This document shows positions 52,230-64,000 of a stretch of 64,000 bases of DNA, piece by piece; positions within the stretch are counted from its first letter, which is position 1; each line of letters opens with the position of its first letter. A program made the position numbers and the translations under genes. Source of the stretch: Squalus acanthias (Eukaryota); assembly GCA_030390025.1 (NCBI GenBank), contig JASTWF010000033.1:684001-748000 (forward strand), written 5' to 3'. The notes under the pieces are model-generated. The model saw nothing but the letters and a program-made list of their open reading frames with translations. It made no database searches and was not told the DNA's origin.

Positions 52230-55200
52230 ACCAGACAGCACAGAAGGAGGCCATTCGGCACAACGTGCCTGTACCGGCTCTTTGAAAGAGCAATCCAATG
52301 TGTCCCACTCCCCTGCTCTGCCCCCAGAGCACTGCTAATGTTCTCCCCTTCGTGTATTTAACTAATTCAGTTTTAAAAGTTACTATTGCCTCTGCTTCCT
52401 CCTCTCCTTCAGACATTGCATTCCAGATCATCATAACTCGATGGCTAAAAACAATCTCCTCATCTCACCTCTGGCTCTTCGTCAATTACATTAAATCTGT
52501 GTCAGCGAATACAGTTGCTCCTTATTTACTCCATCAAAACAGCTTCATGATTCTAAACACCTCTATTAAATCTCCACTTAATCTTTTCTGTTCTAAGGAG
52601 AACAATTCCAGCTTCTCTAGTGTCTCCATTTAGCTGAGGTCCCTCATCTCTGTTACCATTCCAGTGAATCTCCTCTGCACCCTCTCCAAGGCCTTGAAAG
52701 CCTTTCTAAAGTGTGGTGCCCAGAATTGGACACAAAGCTCAAGCTGAGGCCTCACCAATGTTAGATAATGGTTAATAGTTTTGTTGCGTTTGCACTCTAT
52801 GGGCATAACTGTAGCAGCTGTTGTTCGATCTCGGAAAGTGTGAGGCAATTCACATTGGACCTGGAAAAGAGAGATCAGTGTATTTTCTTAATAGTGAGAA
52901 GCTGGGAACCGTGAAAGAGCAGAGAGAATTACGGCTCCAAGTATAGACATTACTAAAAGTTAGTGGATAAGTACAAAAATAAGTAAAAAGGCTAATGGAG
53001 TGTCGGGCTTTATCTCAAGAGAGCTGGAATACAAAGACGTAGAAGTTAAGTCACAGCTGTACAGAGCTCTGGTTAGAACCGATTAAGAGCACTGTGCTAA
53101 GTTCTGGGCAACTCACCTCAGGAAGAATATCTTGGATTTGGTGGTGGTGCAGCTCAGAGTAAAGAGTTAAATTATGAGAACTGATAGCATAGACGACGCT
53201 TATATTCCCTTAAATATAAAATATTAAGAGGTGATTTAATTGAGGTGTTTATGATGATCTGAGGAATTGAAAAGATACAAAGAGATAAACAGTTCTTTTT
53301 GGTGGAGGAGTCCAGAACAAGGCGGCATCACCTTAAAAGCGGAGCTGGGCCGGTCAGGTATGTTAGAAAACATTTCTTCATGCAAAGGGTACAGGAAATC
53401 TGGAACACACGCCCTCAACAGCTGTTGAGGCTGGGGGTCAATTGAAAATTTCAAAACCGTGTTTGATAGATTTTTGTTTAACCAGGGCATTTACGGTAAT
53501 GGAATCAAGACGTGTAAATGGTGTTAAGATAAAGATCAGCCATGATGGAACTGAATGGTAGAACAGGCTCGAGCCAATGAATAGCCGACTGTTCCTACGT
53601 TCTTATATTCCTATGTCTCTATTTATAAAGCCAACTATCCCGTATACTTTTCTAAAAAGCCTTATGAACTTGTCCTGCCACCTTCAAAGATTTCTGTATG
53701 TATACCCACATGTTTGCCTGTTTTTGCACCCCCTTTACGGTTGTGCTATTTATTTTATATTGCATCTCCTCATTCTTTCTTCCAAAATGCACCACTTCAC
53801 GCTTTCCTGCATTAAATTTCACCTGCCATGTGTCTGCCCATTTCACCAGACGATTTATGTTCTCCTGAAGTCTTTTACCTTCCTCCTCAGGATTTATGAC
53901 TTCACTCAGTTTCCCGTCGTCTTCAAACTTTGAAATGATGCCCTGTATACCCAAGTCCTGGTCTTTAATATATATCAAAAAGAGCAATGCTCGTAAAACC
54001 GACCCATGGGGATACCACTGTATACTTCTCTCCAGCCTGAAAATCATTGGTCCGCCGCATCTTTCTGCTTTCTGTCCCTTCGCTTATTTAATATCCACGC
54101 TACCATTGCAACTTTACTATCAGTTGCTTCAATTTTTGCAACAAATCTATTTTGAGGTACGTTATCAAACGCCTTCTGAAAGCCCATATACACAAACTCA
54201 ACCTTCAATAGTCCGCTCCCTTATTCCATTGAAAAAATCAAGCATGTCAGACTCGATTTGCTTTTAACCAATCTGTTTTGACTGTCGTTTGTTAACCCAT
54301 GATCTTCCAAGTGACAAGTAATTTTGTCTCTGGCTATTGTCTCAGTGATTTGTCTCAAGAAGTTTCCTCAACACCGGCGTTAGACTGATTCGCCTGTAGT
54401 TAATTGGTTTATCAAACTCCCCATTTTTGAAGATGGGTGTAACATTTTCAATTCTCCAGTCCTCTGGCACTACTCCCTTATCCAAGGAGGTTTCAAAGAT
54501 TGTGGCCAGAGCCTTACTTCTCTCAGCAACCCAGGATACATCCCATCCAGACCAGTGACGTTTACACTTTAAGCACTGTCAACCGTTTTAGTACTTACTC
54601 TTGGTCTGTTAATATCCTATACAATTTATCTACCCCATTTTCTTTACGGTAACATTATCAGCATCATGTTATTTAGTGAAGGCAGATGCAAAGTATTCAT
54701 TTAGTACCTCAGCCATGCCCACCGCATCCACAAGAAGATTGACAATTTGGTGCTTAATCGTCGCAACTTTCCGTTGACTGTACTTTGCGGTTTTATATAT
54801 ATAAGAAAGAGTTCAGTGTTCCCTATTATATTACCATTAATCTTTTCTCATACATTGTCCTTGCCCCTGTTACTTCATTTTTCAGTTCTCCTCTGTGCTT
54901 TCTGTATTCAGCTTGATTCCCTATTGTGCTGTTGTTGCTCTTGTGTGTTTATCATACCAGTGTCTGCGTATGTGAAACAGCAGAAAACTGAATTTTACAA
55001 GGTCTAAAACTTGGTTGTAATTTAATGCCAGAGAATAACTTCAACTACAGTTTGTAGAAATTACTAATCTGAGACTGAATCGCTTTTACACAGCCCACAC
55101 AGCGAGACACGCGCACAAGTGGAGAATTAATATTGTATAACCGCTGTCAGATCAAACCAATTATGTATTTAAGACGTTTTCAGAGATGGTAAAACCCCAT

Positions 55201-55975
55201 AAGATATTTCAAACAGAAATGTTGTGCATCACCAATCTGCTTAAAGTAACACAACTAATAACATTGCAAATTAGTGTTAATATTAGTGGAACAGTGGTGA
55301 ATGTCCTCAGCTGCGACATTGCTCATAAGTTAGGTGCAAACACCATAAGCGATGCCCTGGGCTTTATTACTTGAGGAATAGCGAATACAAGCAAGGAAGT
55401 TATGTTAACCAGTTATAAAAGACTGGTTAGGCCTCAGCTGGAGTATTGTTTTCAATTCTGGGCACCGCACTTTAGGAAGGATATCAAGGCCTTGGAGACG
55501 GTGCAGAAGAGATTTGAGAGAATTGTATCAAGGATGAGGGATTTCAGTTATGGGGAGAGACTGGAGAAGCTGTTTTGTTCTCATTAGAGCAGGGGTAGTT
55601 AAGGGGAGATTTCACTGAGGTGTTCAAAATCATGAATGGTTTTAAGGAGTAAATGCAGAGAAACTGTTTCCTGTGGTAGAAGTGTCGGTAAACAGACGAC
55701 GCAGATATAAAGTTAGTAGCAAAATAACCAGAGACAACATGAGGAAACATGCTGTTACACAGCGAGTTGATGTGATCTGGAATGCACTGAAAGGGTGGTA
55801 AAAGCAGTAACACGAGTAACATTCAAAAGAGAATTGGATAAACACTTTACGGCAAAACATTTACAGGGCTGTGGGGAAAGAGATGGGCAGTCGTAATAGC
55901 TTTTCCAAAGAGCTGGCACAGGCACGATGGGCCGAATTACCTCTTTCTATGTTGTATCATATGATTCTATGATGC
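52230..55975. mobile_element. Minus CR1 (52230-52800, 53610-54930) with nested plus CR1 (~52801-53610); further plus CR1 3' end 55340-55975
   Basis: [13 protein letters not shown] and LEYCFQFW motifs; 3' tails. Confidence 0.8.
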
Positions 55976-56989
55976 AGCCTCGCCTAGTGAATGGAGGTGC
56001 ATGATGAGGCGATCTCAGTACAGAGCTTTGAATACACCGCCCATTGCTCTGGCTCTGACTTTGACATGGAACCTAACAAATCTGCCTCTAGTGCTACCGT
56101 ATTCGGTTACTATGAACCGGAAACATAATCGTCGTTTCAATGTTGGCCTACGAGAGGGATACAAGTCCGAAATTTAACCCTTTGCTGGAGATATGCTATC
56201 TGCGGTCGGAGAGCTAGGACAGTAAGCGCACGAGGATCAGTTTTATGGGATGGACAATGGAGGCCATGACATGGAAAAGGATGCCAGAAGAGACCATATC
56301 GAATGCTGTGGAAAGGGGAATGATGGACAAGGAAGAGTGACACACCATGATGACAGTCACGGAGGTTGTAGTTTGTGACTTTGTTCGGGGCAGATTAGAA
56401 TTACATAGAAACAGCAGCAGAGAAACAGTCCATTCGGCCTAAGTAATCTATGCTGTGTTTATACTCCACGGGAACCTCCTCCCACTCTAATTACACCTTG
56501 ACACCGTGTCCACATATACGTTCGAGGGCGTTAGACTAGTGACACCAAATTAATTAACATTCAGAACGCCGGAGATCCAATCCTCCTGGAAATAATTGAA
56601 TGAGTTTGTCGTGCTCCATGGTTTAGGGAGGATATTGAACCTCTAGAAAGTGTACAAAACAGATTCACCAGGAAGCTGCCTGGGAGCTGAAAAACAAATA
56701 CAAACAACTACTTGGAATCAGGCCTTTTTTTCATTCGAACAACACATATTATGGAGCGATATGATAGATGTTTTTAAAATTATGGGCGGATGGGACAGGG
56801 TAGATAGACGCAAGCTGTTTTCAGCAGTTGAGTTAACACGCATCGAGGAGCCAATGAATTTAATTTTCAGAGTTTGCCAGGCCCACAATGAATTGGATCC
56901 GGTATGGACTATTTAATACAAAGTGGAAATAGACAGGATACATTTCAACACTTTGTATGAACGTTAACCGGCCAACGATGCTGAACATT

Positions 56990-58115
56990 CACTTGTTCAT
57001 CACACACAAAGCTGATTCAGTTCCAGTAAGAGAAACCCGGAGCCTGATATTCATGGGTAGGAACATCCTGATCAAGGCCGAGACTGTTACTCATTAATTG
57101 GAGACAATCTCCCGGATTTTATCAACATTGCTCTTTGGTTAATAAATGACCATCAGTGGAAAATAACCTGTACTATTCCTGTGACGGGAATTGTAGAAAT
57201 CTAGGGTATCCAGAACAGATTAACATTATATTTCGTCTAACACCGAGATCAATAGAGCTGTACTTCGAATATAGTTCATTCCCACAGAATTAGAATCAGG
57301 ACAAAGAAACAGATAAAGATCGAAACTTAAGATAATTCCAAAGAAGTATGTTGTGTTAACACAACTAGCTCACTGTGCTCTTCCCTCTGGTTTGATTCCA
57401 GGAAACTAACAGCGATCTTTGTCCCTGTCTATCTGTGCCCTTTCATAGTCCGATAATAAGCAGGTTTTATTGTGAGCAATATAATCGATTTGAGGTCACG
57501 GATATGAATCGGGATACAGAACGCGGTCTTCTGAACCGCAGATGGAAGATATGGGGAAAATTACATATTTTTTACCAAACAAATGATTAATTACTTTGGG
57601 TAAAAGATCAGTAATTCATCAGAACATTTCAAACAGAATGAGACCGTGTGCGATTCAGATCGAGCCCTGCACCAGAGAAAAGGGCGGGGAGGGATTGGAC
57701 TGATCAGGCTGAAGGTCGGGTTTAGGACTGTGCTGTGTAACTGATCTTTACCCAGGGTGTGTTCATTAAACTATATAACCCACAATGCTGACTTACCCGG
57801 ACTCTCTGGAACCAGAATAAGGGACCGCAGCACAAGGTAAGGATCCGGAATATACTGAGCACCATTGTAGTGTGTTATTGTAGCAGAACTGACCCAGTGC
57901 CATGTACTGGTGGAGTACTTCAATATAGTGAAAAGTTGAGGTATCAACATTGGATCAGGTAAGAAACCATTGTTTTTTTTTAGAAAATGCAGCGGCGTAA
58001 TTTAACAGAATAAAACTTCCAAATGTAACCTCACACATTAACATTCTGCAGTTGGAAAATATTATTGAAATAGATTTCTAGTTTATGATACGCTTTTGAA
58101 TTAACAGTTAGAGAT
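56990..58115 (-). promoter_or_regulatory. Triplicated cassette, copy 2
   Basis: Shared anchors GAAACCCGGA, ATCAAGGCCGAGACTGTTACTCATT, GCAGATGGAAGA, CTGATCAGGCTGA, GTGTGTTCATTAA; donor-like GTAAGT ~57791-57796 and GTGAGC 57368-57373. Confidence 0.5.
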
Positions 58116-59560
58116 CGAGACTTTTCAACATAAAACACAGCCCCGAACCATCACCGAAATCCAATATATCCAGCCACGTAAGGTTTCCTCTTTGACCCAC
58201 ATTGATCTTAGGATGCTGGGACTCATTGGGGCCAAACCAAGGCAAATGCTGCCTTGTTGTCGAGGCGAGTAACGGTCCCGCTATTGATGAGTCCATCCGT
58301 CACTTTGCTGATCAGTGTGCGGTGGCTGGTTTGGGCGGTAATTGGCCTGATTCAGTCTGTCCTTAATTTTGTGGATAGGACATTGCTGGTCATCCAAATT
58401 ACATCACTAACTAGGTAAAATTTCACTGCATGTGCGGTAAGATGCAGTATAAAGCTAAAGGAAGTGACTCACACTAGTGTCAAGAAAAGCGGTAATCCTG
58501 AGGTCTGGAGGAAACATAGAAAACAACAAATGATACAAAGAGCCTTGAAAAGGAAATATGAAGTACCTTGCAAGTAATATAAAAGCTAATAGTGAAAAGA
58601 GACTGGCTGAGGGAGATGTGGTCCATTAAAGACAAACACAGGTGATACGGTAATCGCTAACAATGTAACAACAGATTATTGTAACGAATATTTTGTGTCA
58701 GTTTTCACAATAGATGAAAAGGACAAAATGCCAGTGAGAGAACGGAAAATAAATTAAATCAAGGAGAGGAATTTACTGTGTACATAATCGTAAAAAAGTT
58801 GATGGAGAAAATATTGGAAGTTTGGATAGATAAATCTCTCGGAGCTGATGATTTCCACCCAAGGTTATTGAAAGAAGTAGAGTGGAAATTGCAGAATCGT
58901 TAGTTAGAATCCTTGAAAACTTTCTTGATTCGGGAATTGTGCCGTTAGACTGGAAATTGCTAACGTCATTTCACTTTTTAAGATGGGTTTGATAGAAATT
59001 TAGGGAACTACATGTCAGTTTAACGACGGTTGAGGGGAAGCTACTAGAATCGGTCATTAAGGATCGAGTGACTGAGCACTTGAGCAAAATGAGCTGATCA
59101 GGGAGGGCCTGCATGGTTTTATTAAAGGTCATTCATGTCTGACTAATGCAGTTCAATATTTTGAGAACTTCACTTATAAGGTAGACAAATGAGTGCCTAT
59201 GCATGTTATCGATGTGCACTTTCAGAAGGTATTTTAATAAGTTTCCACAGAAAAGATAATTGGCAAAACTGAGAGTGCATGGAAATAGAGGCAGCCTTTA
59301 AATTTGGTTTAGAAATTGTCATGGAGTTAGGAGAAAGAGTGTGGATCAATGATATGCACAGGTTGCAAAAGCTTGGCTTGTATTCGCTTGAGTATAGAAG
59401 ATTGAGGGGCGACCTGACCGAGGTGTTTAAAATATATTATTATTTCGATATGGTAGATAGAGCGAAACTATTCCCTCAGAACGGGTAACTAAGAACATGG
59501 GGAGATAGTAGAACTTTATAATGAGGACCTAACCTAGTGAAACTTCAAAATAGACAAAGT
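58116..59560. mobile_element. LINE family B RT fragment (-, ~58116-58400) and decayed CR1 (+, ~58460-59500)
   Basis: RT remnants; GLYSLEYRRLRGDL in ORF 59279..59488. Confidence 0.7.
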
Positions 59561-59744
59561 ACCACAAGGGGAATGTTAAACATGGAGATGTGTGATCACA
59601 CGAACAAATATTGAAGAGTAACATTATCCAGATGGTTGATGCTGGTTCATTATTGTGGGTAGCATTTCTCGAGTCTGTAACAACATTCGCTGCAGGAAAT
59701 ATGGGATGGGTTTTGAATTATGCAGTACTTCAAATAGCTTTTAA

Positions 59745-59950
59745 ATACGAAAGCAAAATACTGCGGATGCTGGAAATCTGAAATAGAAACAAAGCATGCT
59801 GGAAATACTCAGCAGGTTAGGCAGCATCTGTGGAGAGAGAAACAGAGTGAACGTTTCAGGTTCTGACGAAAGGTCATCCACCTGAAAGGTTAACTCTTTC
59901 TCTCTTCACATATGCCGCCTGCCCTGCTGAGTATTTCCAGCATTTCCAGC
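59745..59950. mobile_element. Inverted pair of Penelope-like termini forming a ~65-bp-arm hairpin around a hammerhead-like core
   Basis: 59797-59861 is the imperfect reverse complement of 59880-59943; GTT-CTGACGA-a-AGGT-catcc-ACCT-GAAA-gGTT-AAC at 59860-59894. Confidence 0.65.
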
Positions 59951-60689
59951 ACTTATACATTTTTGGTGGTGGATGGGAAATCAGACAGGCAGCAAGATGG
60001 GGAAGGAAGCAGGGAAGGCAATCAGACATGGTGCAGGTGGACAGTGGAGGAGAGGGAGAGTCAGATATAGGGCAGGAGGGCAAACGGATGTGGGAAGATC
60101 GGCACGGAGTAGGAGGAAAGAAAGGACAATGATAAAATTAGTATTGCAGCAGGTGGGGAGGAATAAAGTGTTAGCGGGAGATTGTTAGAGGTGAAGGAAG
60201 ATTGTAGAGCAGGAGGCAGTTACAGATGCAGTGGGAGGGACATTCAGGCATGGAGCAGGTGGGATTGAGCATCTGGGGAAAGAAAATTACGACAGAATCA
60301 GACAAAGAGCTGATGGGAATGGAAACAGGGGGAGAAGCAAATGTGGATCCAGTGGAATTGGAAACAAACATTAAAGGTCAGGCGTATAATCGGTTGGGGA
60401 AGCAGGCAGGTAAAAGGCAGCGTTTTCAGAGACGTAGGAGGGGGAGCCGGAAACAGACTAGGATCGGCAGCACAGAGAATCAGGACGGGGATTGAAACAT
60501 GGAGCAGTCGCAATAGGTAGCGTGAACATTTAACGTTTATATTAAACACAAATTCTAATAAGCAAATTATTTATTGTTCAGAGTTTCCCAGTCTAATAAT
60601 AAATATAATCCGCCGCCAAACTGTTAAAATGAATAATAAATGAAATTGTGAAATTACATCACGAACACTTAACGTTAACAGGCCGATGA

Positions 60690-61545
60690 AGCAGATTTTC
60701 ACTTGTTTACCACACACATTGGCTGATTCAGTTCCAGTAAGTGAAACCCGGAGCCTGATACTCATGGGAGTGAACATCCTGTTCAAGGCCCAGATTGTTA
60801 CTCATTAACTAGAGGCTATTTGCTGGAGATGGTAATCAGCGATCTATATCACTAGTCATCTCTACCCTTCTCTGGTCCGATAATAAACTGGTTTTATGAT
60901 GAATAATGAAATCTAATCGAGGATCTGAAACTGATTCCCGCTGCAGGATATGGTTTCACCGCGGGGTCTTCTGAACCGCAGATGGAAGAGCTGTGGGAAA
61001 ATGTAGTCATTTTCACCACACAGAGGATTAATATTTTTGGGTCAAAGGTCAGTAATTAATCAGAACAATTCAAACTGAATGAGACCGTGTGTGATTCAGA
61101 TCGAGCCCTGCACCAGAGAACAGGGCGGGTAGAGATTGTACTGATCAGGCTGAGGGTTGTGTTTATGACTGTGATATTTATCCAGGGTGTGTTCATTAAC
61201 CTGCCGAACCCACAACGCTAAATTACCCGGACTCTCTGGAACCAGAATCAGGAGCCACAGGACAAGGTATGGACCCAGAATATACTGAGTAAAATTATTG
61301 CGTTTAATGTAGCGAAATTGACGTTCGTCTGTGTAGTAGTTCAACGATAGAGAGAAGTTAACACAGCAATAATGTCTCAGGTGACAAAGGATACTTTTTT
61401 CAGAAATTAATTTACGGGAATTGCGTCATTTAACAGAATAAAACTCCCAAATGCAAATTCGCACTCTAACATTCTGCTACTTAAATAGTATTCAAGTATA
61501 TTTCTGATTTATTAGACGCTTATGAGAAACGAGTTAGAAGCCGAT
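60690..61545 (-). promoter_or_regulatory. Triplicated cassette, copy 3 (internal ~270-bp deletion removes the GTGAGC donor)
   Basis: Colinear with copies 1 and 2; perfect DR1 GGGTCAAAGGTCA 61039-61051, TGTGGGAA 60992-60999, ATGCAAAT 61451-61458. Confidence 0.5.
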
Positions 61546-61559
61546 GTCACAGAATCAGG

Positions 61560-64000
61560 AACTCACACAGCACAGAAGGAGGCCATTCGTTCGATCGTGC
61601 CTGTACCGGATGTTTGGATAAGTCCCACTCCTCTGCTCTGTCCCCAGCGCCCTACTATTTTCTCCCCTTCAAGGATTTATCGAATTCCCTTTTAAAAGTT
61701 GCTATTGCATCTGCTTCCACCACCCTCTCAAGCATTGTGTTGCAGATTATAATAACAAACATCGCCTCATCTCACCAAATCTACTTGAATGGTGGAACAG
61801 GCTCGAGTGGATGAATGACCAACTCCTCTTCTTATGTTCCAGTATTACATTTATCGTGTCATCTGCAAACTTTGAAATTATGCCCTATATACCCAAGTCC
61901 AAGTAATTAATATATGTCAAAAAGAGCAGTGGTCCTAATTCCGACCCCTGGGGAAAGCACTGTACACTTCTCTCCAGTCCTAAACACATTTTGCCGAATC
62001 TTTTGCCGATTCCATTTAATCTCTGTCTTCTTACTGACCCTGCTGCCAGTGGAAAAAGTGTCTCCTCAGTTACTCTGTGAAAAAGCATCCTGATTTTAAA
62101 CACCTCCATTAAATCTCCACTTAACCTTCTCTTCTCTAAGGAGAACAATTCCATCTTCCCTAGTCTCCCCATGTAACTGAAGTCTCTGTTACCATTCTAG
62201 TAACTCCCCTCTGCACCCGCTGCAAGACCTTCACAGACTCCCTAAGGTCTGGTACCTAGAATTGGACACAATACTCCAGCTGAGGCCAAGCCAGTGGTCG
62301 ATAAAGATTGAGCCAAATATCCTTGCCTTTGTACTCTAGGGGCAAAACAGTGGCAGATCGATTTCAACGTGGGAAATGTTTACATCATCCACTTTGGAGC
62401 TAAGAAAGATAGATCACAGTATTTTCTAAATGTCGAGAAACTTGGAATTGTGGATCAGCAGAGAGAATTATGGCCCCGTCTACAGAAATCAATAAGAGCT
62501 AAACGATAGTTACACAAATAAGTAAAAAGGCTAAAGGAATGTTAGCCTTTATCTCAAGAGGGCTGGAATACAAAGGGATATAAGTTATCGTGCAACTGTA
62601 CAGAGCTGTGGTTAGACCCCATTGTGAGTCATGTGTTAAGATCTGGACACTGCATCTCAGGAAGAATATGTTGGTTTTGGAGGGGGTGCAGCTGAGATTC
62701 ACTACAATGATATCGGGGCTAAAGGCTTAAATTATGAGGACTTAATGCATAGACGACGCTTTTATTCGCTTGAATGTCCAATATTAGGGGTGGATTTAAC
62801 TGATTTTTTTAAGATGTTCGAATGAATTGATAGGATAGAAAGGGATAGACTATTACCTCTGGGGGAGGAGCCTGGAAAAAGGGGTTAACCTCTTCAAGTC
62901 TGGTCCATTCAGTGGTAATGTTAGAAAGCATTTCTTCACATAAAGGGTAGTGAAAATCTGGAACTCTCGCTCTCAAAATATTTTTGAGGTTAGGTCATTT
63001 GAAAATTTCAAAACTGAGATTGATAGATTTCTGTTAATCAAGCATATTTAGGGTTACGGATCCAAGGTGGATACACTGATTTAGGATACAGATCAAACAT
63101 GATCTAATTGAATGGTGGAACAGGCTCACGGGGATGAAAGAACAACTCCTGTTCTTATATTCCAGTATTCCATTTATCGTGTCATCTGCAAACTTCGAAA
63201 TGATGCCCTGTATACCCAAGTCCAGGTCATTAATATATATCAAAAAGAGCAGTGATACTAATGCCGACACCTGGGGACAGCACTTTAAACTGATCTGCAG
63301 TCTTTAAAACATCGGTTCACCATACACTCTGCTTTTAGTCCCTTAGCCAGTTTCGCATCCGTCCTGCCATTGCACCACTAATATCATTGGCTACAATTTA
63401 GTAAACAAGTCTATTGTATGGTACTTTATCCAGCGCCTGCTGATGCTTATATACACAGCATCAACTGCAATACCATCAATAATTACCTCCCTTACTTCAT
63501 CGAATATCTCAATCAACACACTCAGGCTCGATTTGCCTTTAACACATCCGTTTTGGCTGCCGTTTATTAACCCATTTTCTTCCAAATAGAGTCATAGAGT
63601 CATAGAGTTATACAGCACAGAAAGAGGCCCTTCAGCCCATCGTGTCCGCGCCAGCCGTCAAGCCCTGTCTATTCTAATCCCACTTTCCAGCACTTGGTCC
63701 GTAGCCTTGCATGCTATGGCGTTTCAAGTGCTCATCTAAATGCTTCATGGATGTTGTGAGGGTTCCTGCCTCTACCACCCTTTCAGGCAGTGAGTTCCTG
63801 ATTCCAACCACCCTCTGGGTGAAAAAGTTTTTAATCAAATCCCCTTTAAACCTCCTGCCCCTTATCTTGAAACTATGCCCCCTGGTTATTGACCCCTCTA
63901 CTAAAGGGACAATTTCCTTTCTATCTATCCTATCTATGCCCCTCATAATTTTGTACACCTCAATCAGGTCCCCCCTCAGCCTTCTCTTCTCTAAGGCAAA
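61560..64000. mobile_element. Nested CR1 fragments: minus host, plus insert ~62340-63162, younger minus CR1 3' end 63587-64000
   Basis: FSLEKRRLSGDL, KFADD and FFTQRVVG motifs; (GAGTCATA)n tail at 63587-63610. Confidence 0.8.

Noticed and set aside
57371..57870. Ig/TCR V segment (octamer, leader-like exon, short intron, ~300-bp exon, CACAGTG heptamer) in the triplicated cassette
   Set aside because: No frame yields the Cys/Trp/YYC framework in any copy, there is no nonamer at 12 or 23 spacing, and the heptamer is explained by a CAC(A/G)|GTGAGC donor

Overview
Eukaryotic (vertebrate) DNA, most likely a cartilaginous fish (shark/ray), inferred from the repeat families and receptor type. Most of the window is nested, mostly decayed CR1-clade LINEs plus a second LINE family. 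Genes: one apparently intact two-exon GPR139/GPR142-like class A GPCR (minus; exon 1 13943-14012, exon 2 11543-12435, 320 aa, mis-called by the ORF track), a decayed paralogous GPCR pseudogene (plus, ~37868-38695), and a B3GALT5-like galactosyltransferase exon with an early nonsense codon (minus, 23308-24258). Also present: two decayed tRNA-Ser genes, two ~750-bp hairpin-rich MITEs with 3-bp TSDs, an internally deleted LTR element with a tRNA-Ser primer-binding site, Penelope-type termini with degenerate hammerhead motifs, and several minisatellites. Two sets of locally duplicated non-coding modules stand out: a triplicated promoter/5'-exon-like cassette at ~47.2, 57.0 and 60.7 kb, and a duplicated block at ~26.9 and 32.9 kb. 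No prokaryotic systems or CRISPR arrays. All alignments were done by eye, and repeat boundaries are approximate unless a junction is stated.
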